A DNA stretch of 64,000 bases from a virus (Duplodnaviria; Caudoviricetes), in the IMG/VR virus record IMGVR_UViG_3300022555_000004; one strand, 5' to 3'. Positions 57,415 to 64,000 of the stretch are shown piece by piece. Positions within the stretch are counted from its first letter, which is position 1. Each line of letters opens with the position of its first letter. The notes below the pieces were generated by a model. The model searched no databases. It worked only from the letters and a program-made list of their open reading frames with translations, and had not been told where the DNA came from. Both the position numbers and the translations under genes were made by a program.

Positions 57415-58335
57415 TTATACATTACCACATGTTATAAAATCTGTAAACGTTTTTCTTTCAGTAAATCCAGCAGCATTTTTATGACCACCACCGCCATATT
57501 TTACGGCAATCCTTGATACATCAATCTTAACACTTCGTAATTGATTTATCTTTAATATTCCACCTGTTACTTCATCTAATTTGTGATAAAATATCCAAGC
57601 CAGGTCGTAATTACGTTCTTTATATATAATATGCCCTAATTGTGATGCCGACCTCAAATGTGTTGAATTAATCATTAAACATGAATACATTTTATCTTCC
57701 CACATAATAGGCAACGGAAATCCAATTTCATCAATCATCTGATTCAATTCCCTATATTTTATATCCTTTGCATCTTTACCTAATTTGAATAATGGTTTAA
57801 ATTCATCATCAGGTAATGACAACAAATAATCCCATATATTCCCTTTAATATCAGATAAATCTATACTTTGTGTGTATTCATAGAAATGTAATGTATTATC
57901 ACCATATCTCATTACCCATCTATCATAATCATCAACTAATGCTACAACACATGGAATACTCTTTTTTGGTTTGATAACATTATATGCATCAGGATGAAAA
58001 TATAACCAAGTCAACATAGCTCCAGAATAATCAATAGACCTCATTCCTTTCAAATCACTAAATTCTGTTAATCCTTCTATGACAGATTTGTGATGGTCAA
58101 TATGCACCACGTTCTCTCGTCCAACAATATCAATCAATTCATTAAACTTATCTCGTTTTAATGAATAATCTAAGATATAAACTTTATCCATATCTTTTGT
58201 AAATGTTGGTTGTTTCAAATTATAATCTGTTTCAATACATATGATTTCATCATATCTATTCTTCAATTCTCTATATGCTACAGCGGCCGCACACCTGCCA
58301 TCCAAATCATTGTGTGCACAGATGACTATTGACAA
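57415..58335 (-). CDS. DHH/DHHA1 phosphoesterase
   Basis: HNDLDG, ILDYS, IDHH, YGGGGHKNAAGF. Confidence 0.88.
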   Translation of the reverse strand: MSIVICAHNDLDGRCAAAVAYRELKNRYDEIICIETDYNLKQPTFTKDMDKVYILDYSLKRDKFNELIDIVGRENVVHIDHHKSVIEGLTEFSDLKGMRSIDYSGAMLTWLYFHPDAYNVIKPKKSIPCVVALVDDYDRWVMRYGDNTLHFYEYTQSIDLSDIKGNIWDYLLSLPDDEFKPLFKLGKDAKDIKYRELNQMIDEIGFPLPIMWEDKMYSCLMINSTHLRSASQLGHIIYKERNYDLAWIFYHKLDEVTGGILKINQLRSVKIDVSRIAVKYGGGGHKNAAGFTERKTFTDFITCGNV

Positions 58336-58546
58336 TTTTAAATATCCTCACTTTCATTTATAATTTTTGATGCTCGTTTTCTTGCTTCAATCATTGCTCT
58401 TGGATGCCTATAAATGTCACGAAATTTCTCAACCATCATATCAATTGTTGTATGTTCGCCTTTATAATCAGTGTCATCAACAGTTATAGTATTTTTAGCA
58501 ATAATTTTATATCTTGATTCATTCATTGGGCTTGTATCTTTCATGA

Positions 58547-58882
58547 TTATAAATACTCCTTAAATGCTTGCCACCAACTCATTTCATATTCTTTATGCCT
58601 ATATATAATTCGTTCCATTGTTCTCAAATTAGATTCAATCCATATCTTTATACCATAACCAATACAACATAATAATATAGCTCCAGAAATACTTGTAAAT
58701 ATTAATAACATAATTTCAAGCATAACAATCAGTTTTATCAACATAACAATCAGTTCTATCAACATAGCCAATCCAACAACAATACCGATCCAAAGACCAA
58801 TCAATAAACACCATTTGATAATTTCATACAACTTCAATAACACAAACACAATTATTTTTTCTATCATTTTATTCACCAACAC
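58547..58882 (-). CDS. Membrane protein
   Basis: Long hydrophobic region. Confidence 0.5.
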   Translation of the reverse strand: MLVNKMIEKIIVFVLLKLYEIIKWCLLIGLWIGIVVGLAMLIELIVMLIKLIVMLEIMLLIFTSISGAILLCCIGYGIKIWIESNLRTMERIIYRHKEYEMSWWQAFKEYL

Positions 58883-59716
58883 TTTCGTCTTTAATCATTT
58901 TATATCCCTTTGCAATACTATTCCTGATACCAATTTCTAAATATCTGTCCTTATTTTCAATTATGACATATTGTAATATCTGTTCAAGATTCGTGAACCA
59001 TTGACTATCAGGCACAGTTTGTAAAAAATTAATCTCCATATTATTATCTCCTATTATTTTTTAATCATCATCTGGTAATATTCTTTCCATCATCTCTGTT
59101 AATTCATCATCCTTATATCTTTTCTTGATTTCATCACTTACTTCTTTATCATATAACATCTGTTGTCCTGCTGATAAACCGGGCGTTTTCGTATTCAATA
59201 ACTTGCCCTTCTTTTTAGTAATCATTCATTATCCTCCTAAACTTCATCGTGACATCTTTGTTCACATACACTACAACAATTACAAACAGTTGGATCATCA
59301 CCAAATACATCAAACAATGGGCATATATGTGGATTCTGACCAATTCTAATCTTACAACTCTGACACAGCATATCCTCTGATACTATATCTTTAAAATGGG
59401 GCATCTTCTTCTTCATATTCTTCCTCATATTTTTCATCATGTTCATTCTTCCATGTTTCTTCGTGTTTTTCTACATATTTGTTATCAACCATATTTATGC
59501 CTTTGATTAGGCCACCTGTCAATGGGCATACACTTGGAAATGTAAAATCAACATTATGATACTTATTTGCCCTAATATTAAGACAAGGATTTATGCAACA
59601 ATATGGACTATAATCTGTTGACCGTTCATGATAATGACAAAATGGACAATCATTACAACCACTTATCTTGATAATGCCTTCTTCAAATACAATTCTATTC
59701 ATATCAATTCCTTTTC

Positions 59717-60328
59717 TTATAATTTACTACTAAATATATTATTCACAACTCTATTGATTTCTTCCGATAATGTCCAATAATTCTTCATCACTAATGGAAT
59801 CAACGCTCGTTCATAATCCTCTAATATTAAAAACTTCTGACTAATTAAAAATGCTAATGTGTGTTTATCAATTCTATTCAATAAGAAATGTTTGATTGGC
59901 GCCTTCATACCATCTTCATTCATTCTACAATATTGTGAATATATATTCAAATCACTACGAAATTCATGTTTATCCATCCATTCCTTAATGTAATATATAC
60001 TATTATTGTAACATTCTAATACATTCCCATTTGTTCTCTTTAATTGCTTATCCTTCTCAATATATGATAACAATATCCGTCTATCATAAAATTTTGAATA
60101 TGAAAATGCCTTACCATGTAACTCAAAACCATAATCAAAATATCTATCCATGTCGATATTTTGCCATCGCGTGTTGAAGGCAATCGTGATTAGCTCTAAT
60201 TGTTTCACATTCTCTTTGGTCATTTTAGACCATACACTATCCCAATTCTTGGGTATACGAAATCCACGCCCTAAATATCTTGATTGTGCCCCACGAAATG
60301 ACAAATATGTATCTTGAATTTCAATCAT
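59717..60328 (-). CDS. Hypothetical protein, possibly a gp59-like helicase loader
   Basis: Size, aromatic/basic composition and position upstream of gp32 only. Confidence 0.3.
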   Translation of the reverse strand: MIEIQDTYLSFRGAQSRYLGRGFRIPKNWDSVWSKMTKENVKQLELITIAFNTRWQNIDMDRYFDYGFELHGKAFSYSKFYDRRILLSYIEKDKQLKRTNGNVLECYNNSIYYIKEWMDKHEFRSDLNIYSQYCRMNEDGMKAPIKHFLLNRIDKHTLAFLISQKFLILEDYERALIPLVMKNYWTLSEEINRVVNNIFSSKL

Positions 60329-60329
60329 G

Positions 60330-60560
60330 TTATTTTTTCCTTATAATTAATGATACCATCTTATACAAACCCAATGACATAAGATATAATGTCCCTAATA
60401 TCCCTATGACCGGCCAAAATATACCATATCCTACAGCAAATAATAAATGAAGATTAAATTCTTCAAATGTCAATTTACCATTATGATTACTAATAAAACG
60501 TATAAATGATGCCACACCAACAACAAACAATCCAATAAAATATATTAATTCATAATTCAT
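60330..60560 (-). CDS. Small two-TM protein (GIFWP family) 3
   Basis: YGIFWP. Confidence 0.6.
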   Translation of the reverse strand: MNYELIYFIGLFVVGVASFIRFISNHNGKLTFEEFNLHLLFAVGYGIFWPVIGILGTLYLMSLGLYKMVSLIIRKK

Positions 60561-60793
60561 TTAATCTTCCCTTTCAAATATATCTTATATGCTAAGGCCA
60601 ATATCAATTGACCAATCCACATACCAATTGTAATAGGCCAAAATAATCCCATCACAAAACTAACACCTAAATATAAACAAAAATATCCAAATGAAACAAC
60701 ACCAACAACATTATCATGTTTGAGTAAATATCTAAATGTACCACCCCAAACAAGTATCCATACAACTATATGAAAAATCATCCATAATTCCAT
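60557..60793 (-). CDS. Small two-TM protein (GIFWP family) 2
   Basis: MGLFWP. Confidence 0.6.
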   Translation of the reverse strand: MELWMIFHIVVWILVWGGTFRYLLKHDNVVGVVSFGYFCLYLGVSFVMGLFWPITIGMWIGQLILALAYKIYLKGKIK

Positions 60794-60796
60794 ATC

Positions 60797-61060
60797 CTAT
60801 TTGCCTCTCTTATCAAGAACTAATTTCGTATATAATACCATCATTACTTTACGTAAAAGTAATATAACAATAACAATTGGCCAAAATATACCACCCCAAC
60901 TACTCAGGGCAAACCAAATACAAAAATCAGAGAAATCAATATAATCCAAATATACATTTTGTGATTTAACCCAATAAATAAATGTCCCAAACCAAAATAC
61001 AATCCCTATAATAATATAACTAATCCAAAATTCTAACATTTTATATAACCTCACTTTCAA
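60797..61060 (-). CDS. Small two-TM protein (GIFWP family) 1
   Basis: GGIFWP; promoter TTGCCG-17-TATAGT at 61066-61094. Confidence 0.6.
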   Translation of the reverse strand: MKVRLYKMLEFWISYIIIGIVFWFGTFIYWVKSQNVYLDYIDFSDFCIWFALSSWGGIFWPIVIVILLLRKVMMVLYTKLVLDKRGK

Positions 61061-61094
61061 ATAATACTATATCATATTATTTCAAATTCGGCAA

Positions 61095-62222
61095 TCACTT
61101 TATTCCCTTGCCGAATAAGGATAAATACGAACTCACATATGCCTTTAAATTCTTATAGCCATTATCTTCCCAAAACAATTGATCATGAACCTTACCATAA
61201 TCATTTTCAAAGGTAGCCACACGATAATCAATATCATTTGCCAATGATTCAATATGATTTATAATCCCATCTTCATCATTACTAATACATGACATATCCT
61301 TATATGGTTCAATATCACTATATACGCCGGGACAACCAATAACAGTATATTCTAAACATTTGATATTCGACTTACTCTCATTAAATATGCCAGGTGATAA
61401 CAAAGCCACACATATATCTAAATCTAATGATTTTAAATGTGCTGGATAATCAAATATGCTCTTCCATCCATGAAATTCAATTTTATCTTTTATATCCTCT
61501 AATTCAACAGGACAAGCCCCACTAAATACCCAACAATATTTGTCAACTGTTTTCTTAATAAAATTCAATATCTTATCACCAAAATCACCACCACGAATAC
61601 CATTTTTATATTCAGCCGAATTAATATTACAAAAATGATTCTCCGATCCAGCCCATCCAATTCGCGGTCGCTCACTAATAGAACGATGATGCCTATCTAT
61701 TCTAACATCACCCCAAATAAATTTAGGTAAATGATTAGGTATAACTACAATATTATTACAATATGCACTATATATCTCTTTTAATTTATTAGTGCTAACA
61801 GTCATACCATCAACTATCTCCATCATTTTATATATCGCCCCATTATTACTATTGTAAAATGATGATGCATAATTCCATGCAGGTATGTCCTGTAATAAAT
61901 CATCAATCTCATATATGATCGGAACCTTCACTAACTTCCTTATGTTCCTTATGTAATGCTGAAATATCCGTAAATGCTGATCTGTTGCTGAACGCTGAAA
62001 TTGAACAAATGTATATGATTTATAAAAATTAGGGTCATTTATAAAACTTGTGGTGTAATCTGCCTCAAATGCATAACCATTATCCTTATCACGATATAAA
62101 TTCAATAATAACGATGGATACATAATTCGTATATGAGCGCAACCTTGACGATCTCCCATATATGACATAAATCTAAATTTCGCAGGCCCATTTATAATAC
62201 TCAATTCTTTATCATTCACCAT
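61095..62222 (-). CDS. Glycosyltransferase (GT-B / GT4-like)
   Basis: GCAHIR..YP, YEIDDL, VST..L, IGWAGS..H, FNESKSNIKCLEY..G.PGVYS. Confidence 0.8.
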   Translation of the reverse strand: MVNDKELSIINGPAKFRFMSYMGDRQGCAHIRIMYPSLLLNLYRDKDNGYAFEADYTTSFINDPNFYKSYTFVQFQRSATDQHLRIFQHYIRNIRKLVKVPIIYEIDDLLQDIPAWNYASSFYNSNNGAIYKMMEIVDGMTVSTNKLKEIYSAYCNNIVVIPNHLPKFIWGDVRIDRHHRSISERPRIGWAGSENHFCNINSAEYKNGIRGGDFGDKILNFIKKTVDKYCWVFSGACPVELEDIKDKIEFHGWKSIFDYPAHLKSLDLDICVALLSPGIFNESKSNIKCLEYTVIGCPGVYSDIEPYKDMSCISNDEDGIINHIESLANDIDYRVATFENDYGKVHDQLFWEDNGYKNLKAYVSSYLSLFGKGIK

Positions 62223-62345
62223 TTATATCCTACCCTCTATTCTATATATTTTTGGTTCATTATTCGTTATGTTCGTATCATCTATCCCAATGCCACATAT
62301 CTCACATATATTCCTCTTTTTATCCAATATGTTCACTAAATCCTT

Positions 62346-62690
62346 CTAATCAACTATATCATATTTCGGTGGATTAATATTCGGATTAGGTTCGTTATCC
62401 TTGTGTCGTTCATTCTCTGGTTTATCTAAATCTAACCACATCATAGTGCCATGTGGTATGTCACGAATATCATCATGATTTGTACAATCCTGTATTCCAA
62501 TCAAATTCGCACCACTATCACCATCAATAAATTTATGTAAAATATATTTCTTATCCTTATGATCAATAACTATGCCTTCATCAACACGAAACATACAATA
62601 TAACGCCTTTACAAAAATGTTGAATCCTAATCTGTCCTCTGGATGCTCTAAATGGTCTGCCGGTACTAATATCTCATTCTCATTTATCAT
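62346..62690 (-). CDS. Hypothetical protein
   Basis: AGGAG RBS upstream. Confidence 0.5.
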   Translation of the reverse strand: MINENEILVPADHLEHPEDRLGFNIFVKALYCMFRVDEGIVIDHKDKKYILHKFIDGDSGANLIGIQDCTNHDDIRDIPHGTMMWLDLDKPENERHKDNEPNPNINPPKYDIVD

Positions 62691-62803
62691 ATATCTAAAT
62701 CCTCCTATAATTTTTCCTATTATGCCAGTATATAATTTTATATCTAATCTAACCTAGGACTGGCCTTGGATAATGAACCAATAATAATCCACAATAATCC
62801 ATT

Positions 62804-63526
62804 TTACTCTACCCTTTTTGCTTTATCAGGCTTCAAAACTTTTTCAACGGTCATACCCTTGTATTTCTTGCCATGCTGCAGTGCCCATAAAATACTCGAC
62901 TTGGCAAACTCTTTGTGTGTTTTACAAAACCCATTCAGGCTATCATTCTCGATTGTAATCACTTCACCATCAGGTTTCGTGAGGATGTAGTTCCATAACG
63001 CCCTATTGTTCTTAATTCCCATCTTGCTCTGTCGTTCTTTCTCTCTGGTTGCGGGATTGTCCATAGGATTCCATACTTCCATTCTTTTCTTGGCATGTTC
63101 TATCTTTGAGAGATTGCCTGTCAATTTTTTACTGATTTTTGCCTTAATTTCGTCAGATTTTTCTTTGCCATGGATTTCTTCTAATGTTCTGTGGTCGCCG
63201 TATCTGCCGGCATTTTCACCTGCCATATCCTCATTGATAACAAGATTATATCCCATTTCATCTGATTTGTATTCGCCGATGTAATATTTTAATAATTCTT
63301 TTGCCTCGTCCACATCCTGACATTCATCCAGTATTTCCCATTTGAAATATTGTGTGCCTAAGTGTTTGATTATTCTATGGATTTCATCTTTTGGATTTTC
63401 TAATTGGGAATGATACAAGTGGAAGTGTAATCTTTGTTTTAGTGGCATATGGGTCATTTCTATATAGACAGATGGGATGTCACGATTTGCCGTCATCATA
63501 TTGGTTGCCATGAGGATAATATACAT
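62804..63526 (-). CDS. Degenerate GIY-YIG endonuclease with NUMOD3/NUMOD1-like modules
   Basis: YIILMATN...VYIEMT..LKQR..H (YIG altered to YIE); E..YI..Y.S..MGYN. Confidence 0.65.
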   Translation of the reverse strand: MYIILMATNMMTANRDIPSVYIEMTHMPLKQRLHFHLYHSQLENPKDEIHRIIKHLGTQYFKWEILDECQDVDEAKELLKYYIGEYKSDEMGYNLVINEDMAGENAGRYGDHRTLEEIHGKEKSDEIKAKISKKLTGNLSKIEHAKKRMEVWNPMDNPATREKERQSKMGIKNNRALWNYILTKPDGEVITIENDSLNGFCKTHKEFAKSSILWALQHGKKYKGMTVEKVLKPDKAKRVE

Positions 63527-63566
63527 AGATGTTATAAGTCCTTGTTATGATTGGTATTAATACTGC

Positions 63567-63898
63567 TTGACTTTTTTACAATAATATGATATAATGAAGC
63601 ATGGAGTGTATATAATATAAGGGTTAACATTATGACCACATTTGATTTAGTATAACACATTATATAAAATATGTCAAGTTATTTATTTTATCTGCGGTCG
63701 AAAATAACGACCGCAAAATAAATAGATTGCCTTATATGACGTTTTGTGATATAATAGGAATGATATATATAATATTAATATTGGATTTTACGCATGCCGC
63801 TCTAAGGATATTATATCACATTATGGAAAATAAGGCAAGCGTTATTTTCATACTGGCAAAAGATAATGCTTGATTTCTCGATGATAATGTGATATAAT
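63567..63898. promoter_or_regulatory. Cluster of five interleaved sigma70-type promoters
   Basis: Plus strand: 63567-63595, 63727-63755, 63870-63898. Minus strand: 63649-63677, 63810-63838. All have 17-bp spacers. Confidence 0.75.
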
Positions 63899-64000
63899 GG
63901 GAGTGATGCGTAACTCGCCGAGGGTCTAATAATATCAAGTAGTTAGACAGAAACAATCATAATATCTACTTATATAAAATAGTAGTTTTTGTATTCCAAA

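Noticed and set aside
59717-60328. Confident gp59 helicase-loader call
   Set aside because: Supported only by size and position; no motif I can verify, so kept as low confidence
3084-63284. Numerous short opposite-strand ORFs in the track (e.g. 3084, 5707, 11247, 13143, 17363, 31818, 38215, 47674, 55267, 63006)
   Set aside because: They overlap well-supported genes on the other strand, with no RBS or motifs and the hydrophobic bias typical of antisense frames
1-64000. Genome-wide TAG recoding (genetic code 15)
   Set aside because: Long conserved genes are intact in code 11, and several TAG stops are followed by out-of-frame neighbours

Overview
This AT-rich 64 kb window comes from a large T4-like (myovirus/jumbo-type) phage read in the standard genetic code. 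Core T4-like genes are gp2-like, gp4, gp43 DNA polymerase (with a LAGLIDADG intein), gp41 helicase (fractured by a naturally split intein with a free-standing endonuclease between the halves), UvsY, UvsW and gp32. There is also a lysis cluster (SLT endolysin, holin-like and spanin-like genes). About 25 ORFs share an N-terminus resembling the T4 capsid-targeting sequence (MRLxx[Y/F][I/L]xE or xxKYLxE). They include six ADP-ribosyltransferase-like paralogs, three HAD phosphatases, a RimK-type ligase-protease, a C39 peptidase, an amidoligase, a kinase, a GNAT and a CCA enzyme split in two by an endonuclease gene. The best candidate for a new system is an operon at 36227-37048: sigma70 promoter, then a leader M-K-UAG-IQLL-RGPP overlapping a hairpin that buries the next Shine-Dalgarno, then a 100-aa protein, a Pth2-like peptidyl-tRNA hydrolase and an amber (CUA) tRNA. 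This architecture predicts an amber-readthrough-sensing translational switch with possible positive feedback. A ~90-nt structured element with compensatory base changes occurs three times, each upstream of a GIY-YIG gene. All calls come from motif recognition by eye; no database searches were run.
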